A stretch of 39,542 nt of DNA from an uncultured Nitrospinaceae bacterium (GTDB taxonomy: Bacteria; UBA8248). The notes beneath the pieces are model-generated. The model had not been told where the DNA came from and made no database searches. It worked only from the letters and a program-made list of their open reading frames with translations. The stretch lies in contig CAXFSR010000011.1 in NCBI GenBank assembly GCA_964005815.1, positions 1-39,542 on the forward strand, read 5' to 3'. A program made the translations under genes and the position numbers. Shown here one piece after another: positions 1 to 11,054 of this stretch; the first letter of the stretch is position 1; every line of letters begins with the position of its first letter.

Positions 1-353
1 TCAATCGCTGTCATCGCGCCATCGATGATCGATCCAATATCAGGTTGCTTTGCTTGTGCACGTAGTTTTGACCAACGCGCTTCCTGAGGTACCCAGAAGA
101 CATTGTCCTGAATGTAATAGTCGCGTTCTTCTAACTCTGCCTGATATTCCTCAGGGGTCTCACTGATGAAATATTCTGAGTCAGGGTCAGACACCATCTG
201 CCGCACTTTTTCCTGCTGTGCCTCGAAGGTATCGGAAATGTATTTGAGAAAAATAAGTCCAAGAACGATGTGCTTGTATTCTGCCGCATCCATCTGTGCG
301 CGCAATTTATCGGCAGATTTCCAGAGGGTGGATTTGATATCTTGGTCGTTCAA
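1..353 (-). CDS. hsdM: Type I restriction-modification methyltransferase subunit M, N-terminal part (runs off the window edge)
   Basis: Not in the ORF track. Manual minus-strand translation from TTG at 353 (GGGGGG RBS upstream) gives MNDQDIKSTLWKSADKLRAQMDAAEYKHIVLGLIFLKYISDTF...DYYIQDNVFWVPQEARWSKL...KQPDIGSIIDGAMTAI. The LW..AD.LR..M...EYK..VLGLIFLKYISD and FWVP..ARW motifs are typical of the HsdM N-terminal domain. Confidence 0.93.
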   Translation of the reverse strand, partial: MNDQDIKSTLWKSADKLRAQMDAAEYKHIVLGLIFLKYISDTFEAQQEKVRQMVSDPDSEYFISETPEEYQAELEERDYYIQDNVFWVPQEARWSKLRAQAKQPDIGSIIDGAMTAI

Positions 354-433
354 TTCTTTACCCCCCAAATCAGTACATAATGATAATTACCACGACCTTT
401 ATCTGGTTATACAGGACAAACAAAATACCTGAT

Positions 434-562
434 TTACCTACCAAGTGTTTACTAAGTACTTAGCAACAACTTTTTTGAACTAACATATTGATATTATTAC
501 ACAACACCTACGTGTATGTCATTCTTTGCTATCGTTTCTCTACTTAGTAGGTAACTTAGTAA
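434..562. repeat. Arm-type-like repeats: 13-bp imperfect inverted repeat TTACCTAC(C/T)AAGT plus additional TACTAAGT units
   Basis: 434-446 TTACCTACCAAGT versus reverse complement of 542-554 TTACCTACTAAGT. Further units at 450-457 (+), 458-465 (-, one mismatch) and 554-561 (-). Palindrome CTAAGTACTTAG at 452-463. Confidence 0.8.
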
Positions 563-640
563 GTCGGATTTATAAGTTATTGATTTTAAACGATTTTAAT
601 TTTTGAAATTCCGAACGGACAGTTTCATAAGTCATTGTTA
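481..640. promoter_or_regulatory. Three IHF-binding consensus sites
   Basis: Matches to YAANNNNTTGATW (reverse complement of WATCAANNNNTTR): TAACATATTGATA at 481-493 (perfect), TAAGTTATTGATT at 573-585 (perfect), TAAGTCATTGTTA at 628-640 (one mismatch). Confidence 0.7.
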
Positions 641-662
641 TTATTGATTTTATTTTACCCGT

Positions 663-2198
663 CTATTCCCACTCTATAGTAGCTGGAGGTTTTGACGAAA
701 TATCATATGCCACGCGGTTTATGCCCGGAACTTCATTGATAATACGGTTAGATACATCTGCTAGAAATTCATGGGGAAGGTGCGCCCAATCGGCCGTCAT
801 ACCATCTTGGCTTGTAACCGCTCTAAGAACGAGAGCATTTTCGTAGGTTCTAGAATCTCCCATCACGCCAACCGTATTAAAAGGAAGAAGAACAGCAAAA
901 GCTTGCCATACTTTTTCATATAAATTCGAATTTCTTAGTTCTTCAATAAAAATGTAATCTGCTTCCTGTAGAATATCGACTCTCTCTTTTGTGATTTCTC
1001 CCAAGATTCTGACAGCAAGTCCTGGACCCGGAAAGGGATGTCTCCATAAAAGTTTCTCAGATAGTCCAAGTTCTTTTCCTACAGATCGTACTTCGTCTTT
1101 AAAAAGTTCACGCAGTGGTTCCAGTACATCTAGATCCATATGTTCTGGGAGTCCTCCTACATTGTGATGACTTTTAATCGTTACAGAGGGACCTTTAAAA
1201 GAAACACTCTCTATAACATCTGGATATAAGGTTCCCTGTGCCAAATAATTTACGTCGCCTATTTCTTTTGCTTCTCTTTCAAAAACGCGAATAAAAGTTT
1301 CTCCAATGATTTTTCTTTTTTTCTCTGGATCAGTTACTCCCGAAAGTTTTTCATAAAAAAAGTTTTTTTCATATGCAAATTGAAGGTTTACTCCTAATTC
1401 TTTTCCGAAAACATCCACCACCTCGTCTGCCTCACCTTTTCTTAAACATCCATTGTCTACAAACACGCAGGTCAAACGATCCCCAATAGCACGATGAACC
1501 AACATTGCAGTTACAGAAGAATCTACGCCACCCGAAAGACCGCAAATCACATTTCCATTTCCTACTTTTTCTTGAATTATTTCAATAGCATCTTCGACAA
1601 AAGATCGAGGCGTCCAAGTAGGTTCACAGCCACAGACACCAGAAACAAAATTTTTCAAGATTTGTTTTCCAAATGTGGTATGAACTACTTCTGGATGAAA
1701 CTGAATTCCAAATTGTTTCTCAGATTTGGAAGCAATCGCAGCCACTTTTGAATTTTGTGAGTGTGCGATAGATTCAAATCCATCTGGAGGAGTATCTATG
1801 GCATCACCGTGACTCATCCAAACGGTTTCATCTGAAGGAATTTCTGAAAAAATACCTTCTTCTTTGTCAATCACTAACTTCGCCCTTCCATACTCTCTTG
1901 TTTCTACAGGGAGAACACTTCCTCCAAGTAAATGAGTCATAAGTTGCATGCCGTAACAAACACCTAGAATCGGAATTTTCTTAGAAAATAACTTCTTATC
2001 GATCATGGGTGCATCTTCTTCGTAAACACTAGAAGGACCACCTGAAAGAATAATACCTTTCGTGCTCTCCTCGATCAGGTCAAAAAGATTGGCTGTACAA
2101 GGCTGAATCTGTGAATATACATTCATTTCACGAACACGGCGAGCAATGAGTTGTGTATATTGGGATCCAAAATCTACTATGAGTATATGTTCACGCAA
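663..2198 (-). CDS. guaA: GMP synthase (glutamine-hydrolyzing)
   Basis: [47 protein letters not shown] and C-terminal [12 protein letters not shown] start with GGAG RBS. Confidence 0.99.
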   Translation of the reverse strand: MREHILIVDFGSQYTQLIARRVREMNVYSQIQPCTANLFDLIEESTKGIILSGGPSSVYEEDAPMIDKKLFSKKIPILGVCYGMQLMTHLLGGSVLPVETREYGRAKLVIDKEEGIFSEIPSDETVWMSHGDAIDTPPDGFESIAHSQNSKVAAIASKSEKQFGIQFHPEVVHTTFGKQILKNFVSGVCGCEPTWTPRSFVEDAIEIIQEKVGNGNVICGLSGGVDSSVTAMLVHRAIGDRLTCVFVDNGCLRKGEADEVVDVFGKELGVNLQFAYEKNFFYEKLSGVTDPEKKRKIIGETFIRVFEREAKEIGDVNYLAQGTLYPDVIESVSFKGPSVTIKSHHNVGGLPEHMDLDVLEPLRELFKDEVRSVGKELGLSEKLLWRHPFPGPGLAVRILGEITKERVDILQEADYIFIEELRNSNLYEKVWQAFAVLLPFNTVGVMGDSRTYENALVLRAVTSQDGMTADWAHLPHEFLADVSNRIINEVPGINRVAYDISSKPPATIEWE

Positions 2199-2270
2199 CG
2201 TAGAAATTCTCCGAAAATAGATGGAAAATGTAGTGGCTATTTCAGAAAAATTGGAGTTATCTTATCCACT

Positions 2271-3761
<1,491 letters not shown>

Positions 3762-3818
3762 CTAGAAGAAAACTCCAAGAAATAGAATTTCAATGAAAAT
3801 AAAATTAAAAGTTGGTGC

Positions 3819-3846
3819 ATTTTATGCAGTAAAACGAAAGTGTCAA
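3819..3846 (-). promoter_or_regulatory. Sigma70-type promoter for guaBA
   Basis: Minus strand TTGACA (3846-3841), 16-nt spacer, TAAAAT (3824-3819), about 60 nt upstream of guaB. Confidence 0.6.
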
Positions 3847-3850
3847 GAAA

Positions 3851-5722
3851 CTATGTACGCAAAAAGTTTTTTCTCACTATTGATTCACTCAGCAACAACA
3901 TCAAAGGTCTTCCATGTGGACATGTCCATTGTGCGGGAGTTTTTTCCAAAGACTCCACTAAGGATGAAACTTCTTCAGCGTGCATAATTTTTTGGGCTTT
4001 GACAGACCTTCGACAACTCATACGCGCTATAATGCCATCAATGATATCGGGAAAACTAATGGGTCCCTCCGATCGACTCAGATCTTCTACAACTGCGCGT
4101 ATCACCTCAGAAGGCTCTTGATTTTTCAGTAATGCAGGCATCGAATGAATAAAATATTCACCCGGGCCAACCATTTCGATTGAAAAACCGGAACGTAATA
4201 AAGTTTCTTTATGTACTTCGAGAGTAGCTGATTCCTCTGGGCCAAAGGACATCTGGTGCGGAACCAGTAAACCTTGACTCTCCACATTACTGTCACGGAA
4301 TTGATTTCTAAATTTATTATATAAAATTCGTTCATGTGCTGCGTGCTGATCCACAAAAACAAGTCCTTGTTTTGCAGCAAACATTAAGAAACAGCCTCTC
4401 CATTGTCCAAGATACCTTGACTGACTAAGAATCACAGGATCTTTTGGATGTGGCGGCTCAAGAAAAGAATCATACAATGACCTATTACATTCTTCTGATG
4501 TATCTTCAGGAAAAACATCTTTAAGAATATCAGAGGTATCCCCATACTTTTCTGAAGAAGATAAATCAGGAATAGCAGATGAACTTTCTATATTAAAATA
4601 TCCTCCCCCACCAAGTAAGGTTTGATCTTTAGGTTCAATAACTGCTGTATTCGTTTCATAATTATCCTCTTCTCGCAAACCAACGGACACAAATTGTTGG
4701 AATTGTTTTCTTGCTGATGTTTTAGTTTCCAAGGAAGCAATAATCAAATCTCGTAATGTTTCATATATGATTGATGGATTCCTAAAACGAACTTCTTCTT
4801 TTGCAGGATGTACATTTACGTCTACTTCTTCACAAGGGAGTTCTATAAAAAAACAATATAAGGGGAAGCGTTTTGATGGAAGAAAACTTCGATAAGCCTC
4901 AAATACAGCGTGTGACAAAAGTCGATCACGAACAGCCCTTCCATTTACAAATAGATATTGTGAATTTCTGTTAGAACGATTTATAACCGGCGCACTTGTC
5001 CAACCTGAAAAAGAGATCCCTTCTAGATTTCCAGAATCTGGCAATTCTATTAAAAATGGAAGTGTTTCTTTTCCCAATAGAGAAGAAATTCGCTCAAAGC
5101 GATTCATACCCTTTTCTAAATCTAAAACTTTTTTTTCGTCATGAAATAATCGAAACCCTACATCAGGTCTGGAAATAGATAATCTATTTACAATTTCCGA
5201 ACAACGAGCAAATTCAGTTTCCCTTCTTTTCAAAAACTTTCTGCGAGCAGGTAAGTTGTAAAACAAAGAAGACACTTGAATTTCAGTTCCTAAAGGAATA
5301 CCAACCTCAGAAACTTTAATAATTCTTCCTCCCTCTATCCGAATTTCTGTGCCTTCTCCTTGAACAGATGTTCTTGTTTTTAAGGTTAATTTCGCAACAG
5401 AGGAAATGCTCGGGAGAGCTTCTCCACGGAAACCCATTGTGTCGATTTTATGCAAATCCATTTCAGAACTGATTTTACTTGTAGCATGACGTTCCAAAGA
5501 AAGAAGTGCATCATCTGGCGACATTCCATTACCATCATCAATTACGGAAATACCACTCCTTCCACCGGACTTCAAAAAAACAGAAATTCTTTTTGCCCCT
5601 GCGTCCAAACTATTTTCTACTAGTTCTTTCACAATCGAAGAAGGTCTTTGCACAACTTCGCCAGCTGCAATTTGATTAGATACATTTTCAGGTAAAATGC
5701 GAATTATACTGCTAGAAGGCAT
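3851..5722 (-). CDS. mutL: DNA mismatch repair endonuclease MutL
   Basis: NQIAAGEVV.RP.S.VKELVENSLDAGA, GFRGEAL, DVNVHPAK.EVRF, DQHAAHER, CPHGRP. Start placed at ATG 5722 (AAGGA RBS) rather than 5737. Confidence 0.97.
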   Translation of the reverse strand: MPSSSIIRILPENVSNQIAAGEVVQRPSSIVKELVENSLDAGAKRISVFLKSGGRSGISVIDDGNGMSPDDALLSLERHATSKISSEMDLHKIDTMGFRGEALPSISSVAKLTLKTRTSVQGEGTEIRIEGGRIIKVSEVGIPLGTEIQVSSLFYNLPARRKFLKRRETEFARCSEIVNRLSISRPDVGFRLFHDEKKVLDLEKGMNRFERISSLLGKETLPFLIELPDSGNLEGISFSGWTSAPVINRSNRNSQYLFVNGRAVRDRLLSHAVFEAYRSFLPSKRFPLYCFFIELPCEEVDVNVHPAKEEVRFRNPSIIYETLRDLIIASLETKTSARKQFQQFVSVGLREEDNYETNTAVIEPKDQTLLGGGGYFNIESSSAIPDLSSSEKYGDTSDILKDVFPEDTSEECNRSLYDSFLEPPHPKDPVILSQSRYLGQWRGCFLMFAAKQGLVFVDQHAAHERILYNKFRNQFRDSNVESQGLLVPHQMSFGPEESATLEVHKETLLRSGFSIEMVGPGEYFIHSMPALLKNQEPSEVIRAVVEDLSRSEGPISFPDIIDGIIARMSCRRSVKAQKIMHAEEVSSLVESLEKTPAQWTCPHGRPLMLLLSESIVRKNFLRT

Positions 5723-5898
5723 ATATTTTCCTTTCATTAACTAAATTCTATAATTACTGAATATTGTGTTGTTGTCAATAATATACCACTACATTTTGTG
5801 TTTATGGACAAATTATTCGTTAGAAATGATTTCAAAATGGCAAAGAAATCCAATATTATGTTATAAGTGCATAAACGAGACATTAAAAGGGAGTAGAA

Positions 5899-6687
5899 TT
5901 GAAAAAAGAAACAGACGCAATCAGAAAAGTAATCCAAGTAATGGAAAAACTTCGTTCTAATGAAGGTTGCCCTTGGGATATGAAACAAGATCATAAAAGT
6001 CTAAAACCTTATCTAATTGAAGAAGTATATGAGGTCATTGAAGCCATAGATCTTTCAGACTCCGAACTTTTAAAAGAAGAATTAGGAGATCTTTTATTAC
6101 AAGTGATTTTCCATTCTCAGATCGCTTCTGAAGAGGGAAAATTTGATTTTATAGATGTCGCCGATTTTCTCTCAAAGAAGTTAATAGAAAGACACCCGCA
6201 CGTTTTCAAAAATTCTAAAGAAAACTCTTCGGAAATTGTTCTACAAAACTGGGAAATAAATAAACGAAATGAAAGAAATTCAAAACAAGAAAAAAGTTCT
6301 ATTCTTGACGGTGTCCCAAAATCAATGCCTGGACTCCAACAAGCAGCCAGACTTCAGGACAAAGCATCTCGCGTAGGTTTCGATTGGAAAAACTTGAAAG
6401 GACCCAAAGAAAAAATCAACGAAGAACTCAGAGAACTTGAACAGGCTATTAAATCCAACGACAAAATAGCTATGGAAAACGAGTTAGGAGATCTTCTTTT
6501 CTCTGTAGTTAATCTATCAAGAAAATTAGGCATAAACCCTGAAGAAACCATAAAAAGAAGTTCCGCTAAATTCGCTGAACGATTCTACTATATTGAAACA
6601 AAACTTAATTCTGAGGGACTTTCTCCAGAAAAAGTTGCTATTGAAAAACTTGAGTCGCTTTGGATAGAGTCAAAAAATAAAATCTAA
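5899..6687 (+). CDS. mazG: Nucleoside triphosphate pyrophosphohydrolase MazG (tandem domain)
   Basis: GCPWD, EE.YEV.EAI, EELGDLLLQVIFH, RHPHVF, GFDW, ELGDLLF; TTG start with AGGGAG RBS. Confidence 0.97.
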   Translation: MKKETDAIRKVIQVMEKLRSNEGCPWDMKQDHKSLKPYLIEEVYEVIEAIDLSDSELLKEELGDLLLQVIFHSQIASEEGKFDFIDVADFLSKKLIERHPHVFKNSKENSSEIVLQNWEINKRNERNSKQEKSSILDGVPKSMPGLQQAARLQDKASRVGFDWKNLKGPKEKINEELRELEQAIKSNDKIAMENELGDLLFSVVNLSRKLGINPEETIKRSSAKFAERFYYIETKLNSEGLSPEKVAIEKLESLWIESKNKI

Positions 6688-6730
6688 AGTCCAAAACAAA
6701 AAAATTTTTTACTTTCTTAAAGGACTATAA

Positions 6731-9106
6731 TTGAGAAAATCCTACTCAAATCAAGTATCCGACAAAAGTAAAAATACACAAGACAAACTCTTCGAAAATG
6801 AAAAAAGTTTTCTCACCGGAATAGTTCAAAGAATTCGTTTTCAATCTAATGAATCTGGTTTTGCCGTTTTACTCGTCGAACTTGAGAATGAAACAGGTGA
6901 GGCAATTACTGTCGTTGGAAGTTTAAATGCATTGAAAGTTGGAGAAAGAGTAAAATTTGAGGGATTCTGGAAAGACCATCCACGCTTTGGAAGACAATTA
7001 CAGGTAAAAACCTACACAGAAATTAAACCGACTTCATCCGAAGAAATAGAAAAATATCTTTCATCCGGTATCATAAAAAATATAGGTCCTGCTTTAGCCA
7101 AAAGAATTGTAAAGCTATTTGGAGAGAAAACATTAGATGTAATGGAAAAAACTCCTAAACAATTATTAAAAATTCCTGGAATAGGGGAAAAAAAACTCGA
7201 AGAAATTGAAGAATCATGGGAAACACAAAGTGAAATGAAGGAAGTCATGATTTTCCTAAGAAAATATGACATTCCCATTAATCTTTCAGGAAGAATTTTT
7301 CAGACATATGGTCCAGATACTATTCGAATCCTAAAAGAAAATCCGTATCGTCTTGTAACTGATATTTTTGGGGTTGGATTTCAAACAGCTGACAAAATAG
7401 CACTAAGTATGGGCACAAAATTTGATGACCCATCACGTTGTGCTGCAGGAGCAATGTATGTCTTGAAAGAAACTTCCGAAAGAGAAGGACATGTTCTCCT
7501 TCCTCAGACCGAATTAGAGTCAAAAGCTTCCAATTTACTTGGAGTAGAGTCTTTTCAAATAACCAGTGTCATTGGAGAACTGATAAAAAGAGAACTTATT
7601 TTCTCAGAAACATTCCTTCCACAAAACCAAAAAAAGTGTGTTCCTTCTATCTACTTACAACCCCTTTATAGTGCTGAGGAAGAAGTCGCTAATAGAGTCA
7701 GAATACTTTCTGAACAAGAAAAAGACATCGCAAGAATCAATTTAGCAATTCAAAAAAGAGGTCTAATTGGAGAATCAACTGAACAGAAATTATCAAATTA
7801 TGCAAAACAAGCACTAGAAGGAGGACAAGCAAACAAGGAACAGAGTTTAGCAATAGAGAAATCTTTACTTGATAAAGTTCTGGTGATAACAGGAGGTCCT
7901 GGCACTGGGAAAACAACGGTTATAAAAGCGATAACAAATCTATACAACAACTTAGGTTTACAAATTCTTTTAGGAGCCCCTACAGGAAGAGCTTCAAAAA
8001 GACTTTCTGAAGTAACAAATCATAAAGCAACAACTATACACAGGATGCTTGAATATGATTGGGGTTCTGGAGGTTTCCTCAGAGATTCATCTAATCCACT
8101 TGCTTCTGATTGCATAATAATTGACGAATCATCAATGTTGGACATATACCTTACTTCAAGTTTACTTAGAGCAATCCCCGACAACTGCACTGTAATTATG
8201 GTGGGAGATGTGGATCAATTACCTTCTGTTGGTCCAGGAAATGTATTAAGAGATATAATTGAGTCTAAAAGTGTAACTGTCGTTAGACTCACACAAATTT
8301 ATCGACAAAATGAAAAAAGTCTAATTGTCCAAAATGCACATCGAATCAATCAGGGTAATCCACCTGTCGAAGGTATTATGGATATAAAAAATAAAATAAT
8401 TCCTGACTATATTTTTCTGGAAGAATCAGACCCAGAAAATTGTGTGAACAAGATTTTAGAGCTATGTAAAAACCGTATTCCTAATCAATACGGACTTGAT
8501 CCTATTAATGAAATTCAAGTCATCTCACCAATGCAACGTGGAACACTTGGAGTCAAAAATCTAAACATATCTCTTCAAGAAATATTGAATCCAAAAACAG
8601 GAAACGAGAATTTCAACATTGGAGAACGTTCTTTCCAAGTTGGAGACAAATTGATACAAATAAGAAATAATTATGAAAAAAATGTTTTTAATGGCGACAT
8701 AGGAATTATTCAGAATTGTGATTTATCTAACTCAACTATCAAAGTTGCATACGATTACAATTTAATTGAATACTCGTTCAATGAACTTGACGAATTAACG
8801 CATGCATTTGCTATTACAGTTCACAAAAGCCAAGGCAGCGAATATCCTGCTGTAATAATTCCTTTACACACCCAGCATTATCCAATGCTACAAAGAAATC
8901 TAGTATACACTGCATTGACTAGAGCAAAGAAACTTGTTGTTTTTGTAGGAACAAAAAAAGCAATGACTATTGCAGTTCGAAATGGGGATGTTAAACAAAG
9001 ATATAGTCTCTTGTCGGATAGATTGATGGACTCATCACAAAAAAATCTTAAAAATACAAACAACTCTGACAACAATGAATTAACATACCACCCACTAGAA
9101 AACTAA
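6731..9106 (+). CDS. recD2: ATP-dependent RecD-like DNA helicase (RecD2/YrrC, SF1B)
   Basis: N-terminal OB/HhH region, Walker A GGPGTGKT, APTGRAS, DESSM, VGDVDQLPSVGPG, HKSQGSEY, YTALTRAK. Confidence 0.95.
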   Translation: MRKSYSNQVSDKSKNTQDKLFENEKSFLTGIVQRIRFQSNESGFAVLLVELENETGEAITVVGSLNALKVGERVKFEGFWKDHPRFGRQLQVKTYTEIKPTSSEEIEKYLSSGIIKNIGPALAKRIVKLFGEKTLDVMEKTPKQLLKIPGIGEKKLEEIEESWETQSEMKEVMIFLRKYDIPINLSGRIFQTYGPDTIRILKENPYRLVTDIFGVGFQTADKIALSMGTKFDDPSRCAAGAMYVLKETSEREGHVLLPQTELESKASNLLGVESFQITSVIGELIKRELIFSETFLPQNQKKCVPSIYLQPLYSAEEEVANRVRILSEQEKDIARINLAIQKRGLIGESTEQKLSNYAKQALEGGQANKEQSLAIEKSLLDKVLVITGGPGTGKTTVIKAITNLYNNLGLQILLGAPTGRASKRLSEVTNHKATTIHRMLEYDWGSGGFLRDSSNPLASDCIIIDESSMLDIYLTSSLLRAIPDNCTVIMVGDVDQLPSVGPGNVLRDIIESKSVTVVRLTQIYRQNEKSLIVQNAHRINQGNPPVEGIMDIKNKIIPDYIFLEESDPENCVNKILELCKNRIPNQYGLDPINEIQVISPMQRGTLGVKNLNISLQEILNPKTGNENFNIGERSFQVGDKLIQIRNNYEKNVFNGDIGIIQNCDLSNSTIKVAYDYNLIEYSFNELDELTHAFAITVHKSQGSEYPAVIIPLHTQHYPMLQRNLVYTALTRAKKLVVFVGTKKAMTIAVRNGDVKQRYSLLSDRLMDSSQKNLKNTNNSDNNELTYHPLEN

Positions 9107-9107
9107 A

Positions 9108-10124
9108 TCACGGACGAATAACAACTTTCAGAGAATCTTGGGCGTCAGAAACAAGCTGAAACCCTTTTTTTATTTCTTCAAGGGGTAGTTTATGTGTGAT
9201 CATATCTTCTACGACTAAATTCTTTCTCTCTATAATTTCAATAGCCTCCTGTAAATCAGAAGGCGCAGCGCCATATGATGTTGATATGGAAATCTGATCT
9301 TTCCAAACAAGATTCAAATCAATTACAGGAGAATCCCCAGGCGAGGGAGGAGCAAACAACTGCAAAACTCCACCTCGATCTAAACAATGAAAAGATAATT
9401 TTAAAGCACTAGGGGAGCCTGTACATAAAATAACTTGACTTGCTAATTTCCCGTCTAGATTTTCTTTTAAAAAATTTACGACATCCTTCCCTGGCATGAT
9501 TATTTCTGCACCAAATTCTTTTGCTTTTTGAAGACGATATTCGTTAATGTCTGTAGCATAAACTCTTTTACAACCTTTAGAAACAGCAAGTTTTATATGC
9601 AACAAACCACTGATTCCTGCCCCTATAACTAAAACATTATCTGTTTTCTTTAACTCTGCAACTCTTTGAGATCTTAATACACAACCTAGAGGCTCAACAA
9701 AAACTCCTTCGTCGAAAGACACTTCTTCAGAAAGATGAAATGTTCCGGTGAGAACATTAATGGAAGGGATTCTAATAAATTCACAAAAACCTCCTGGATC
9801 AAAATTCGTGCTTCTCAGAGTATCACACGCTGTATGCAGATTCTTTTTACAATATTCACATTTATTGCAGGGGACATGATGAGAAACAACTATTCGATCT
9901 CCTTCCTTGAAATTTTTTACACTTTTTCCAACCTGTACAATTTCTCCAGCAACTTCGTGACCCAAAACAATAGGAGCTTTAGGTACTCTATACCATTCCA
10001 TTACGTCACTACCACAAATACCACTAGAAACCGTTTTGATTAAAAGATCTCCCTCTTCCAAAAGAGGTGCGGGAATATCTTTTAATCGGATATCTTTGTT
10101 ATTATAATAGAATGCAGCTTTCAT
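9108..10124 (-). CDS. Zinc-dependent medium-chain (polyol/L-iditol-type) dehydrogenase
   Basis: GICGSD, GHEVAG, structural-Zn CxxCxxC(x7)C, GAGISG NAD-binding motif. Confidence 0.9.
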   Translation of the reverse strand: MKAAFYYNNKDIRLKDIPAPLLEEGDLLIKTVSSGICGSDVMEWYRVPKAPIVLGHEVAGEIVQVGKSVKNFKEGDRIVVSHHVPCNKCEYCKKNLHTACDTLRSTNFDPGGFCEFIRIPSINVLTGTFHLSEEVSFDEGVFVEPLGCVLRSQRVAELKKTDNVLVIGAGISGLLHIKLAVSKGCKRVYATDINEYRLQKAKEFGAEIIMPGKDVVNFLKENLDGKLASQVILCTGSPSALKLSFHCLDRGGVLQLFAPPSPGDSPVIDLNLVWKDQISISTSYGAAPSDLQEAIEIIERKNLVVEDMITHKLPLEEIKKGFQLVSDAQDSLKVVIRP

Positions 10125-10159
10125 TTGTAAATTCTCGAAAACAAACGTTAGATTTCAAT

Positions 10160-11023
10160 CTAATTAGAACTCTCATCATTAAAAAGTTCGAAAGCAGTCT
10201 CAGGGTTAAGACCTTCATGCACTACAGCACCCACCGCCTTCATCATTGCAACTGGATAACGACTTTGAAATATATTTCTACCCATATCAACACCAACTGC
10301 TCCATCACTAATAGCTCTATAGCATATTTCTAAAGCATCTTTCTCAGGTATCTTTTTTCCACCAGCAATAACAATTGGAACGAAACATCCGTTCACGACT
10401 TTTTCGAAATCATCGCAATAATAAGTCTTAACAATATCTGCACCATGTTCTGCCGCAATACGTGAAGCAAGACCTAAATAACGTGAATCTCTTTTCATCT
10501 CTTTTCCTACTGCAGTTATTCCTAACAACTCAAGACCATTTTTTCTGGCTCCTTCAGACATTTTTGATAAATTCAAAATGCTGTCCTTTTGATATCTAGA
10601 ACCAACATAAATTGAAATTGAAACACCCTCTACAAGTAAACTCTTCGCTTCCTCAGCAGAAACTGTTATTCCTTCATTTGACAATTCTCTGTCAGTCATT
10701 TGAGCTTGTATCTGCTCTCTAATAGCATTCGATTCTTCTATTTTATTAGCACTTTGCAAAATTACTTCTTTTTCTAGTTCGATAGGATCACTATATAAAA
10801 TACTATTTCCTCCTGATGCACGTAAAATAACAGGTACTTTCACTTCTTTTGGCATACAATGCAGGAAAATCCCTTTTGTTGGACTTACTGCATCACAAAA
10901 TGGGATCAACTGCTCTATTGTATCTTTAGGCTTTTCTAACCCAGTAGTTGGGCCTTGAAAATATCCGTGGTCTACGGCCAACATAACGATTTTACCAGTC
11001 CTATCGTTCAATAAATTAGTCAT
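10160..11023 (-). CDS. lsrF: LsrF-like class I aldolase/thiolase (DhnA family)
   Basis: MLAVDHGYFQGPTTGLE, RIAAEHGADIVKTYY (Schiff-base Lys), PIVIAGGKK, GVDMGRNIFQS; closely resembles E. coli LsrF as recalled. Confidence 0.88.
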   Translation of the reverse strand: MTNLLNDRTGKIVMLAVDHGYFQGPTTGLEKPKDTIEQLIPFCDAVSPTKGIFLHCMPKEVKVPVILRASGGNSILYSDPIELEKEVILQSANKIEESNAIREQIQAQMTDRELSNEGITVSAEEAKSLLVEGVSISIYVGSRYQKDSILNLSKMSEGARKNGLELLGITAVGKEMKRDSRYLGLASRIAAEHGADIVKTYYCDDFEKVVNGCFVPIVIAGGKKIPEKDALEICYRAISDGAVGVDMGRNIFQSRYPVAMMKAVGAVVHEGLNPETAFELFNDESSN

Positions 11024-11054
11024 TCTTTTAAAAACTCCTACTATTTAGTTCATT

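Larger units (their letters stand above)
434..665. mobile_element. Putative attachment (att) region of an integrative element inserted at the guaA 3' end
   Basis: Lies between the guaA stop and a higher-GC hsdM. Contains IHF-consensus sites (481-493, 573-585, 628-640) and five TAC(C/T)AAGT-like repeats in direct and inverted orientation. The guaA 3' end is an established island integration hotspot. Confidence 0.7.

Noticed and set aside
166..432. 88-aa plus-strand ORF in the track
   Set aside because: Antisense shadow of the hsdM N-terminus; no recognisable motifs.
434..562. Short repeats considered as a CRISPR array or transposon ends
   Set aside because: Units are 8-13 bp, mixed in orientation and irregularly spaced, with no cas or transposase gene; an att site explains them better.
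4310..4352. MutL endonuclease motif ends in N (DQHAAHERILYN) rather than the consensus E
   Set aside because: The core DQHA..E and CPHGRP motifs are intact; a single change at the final position is not enough to claim altered function.
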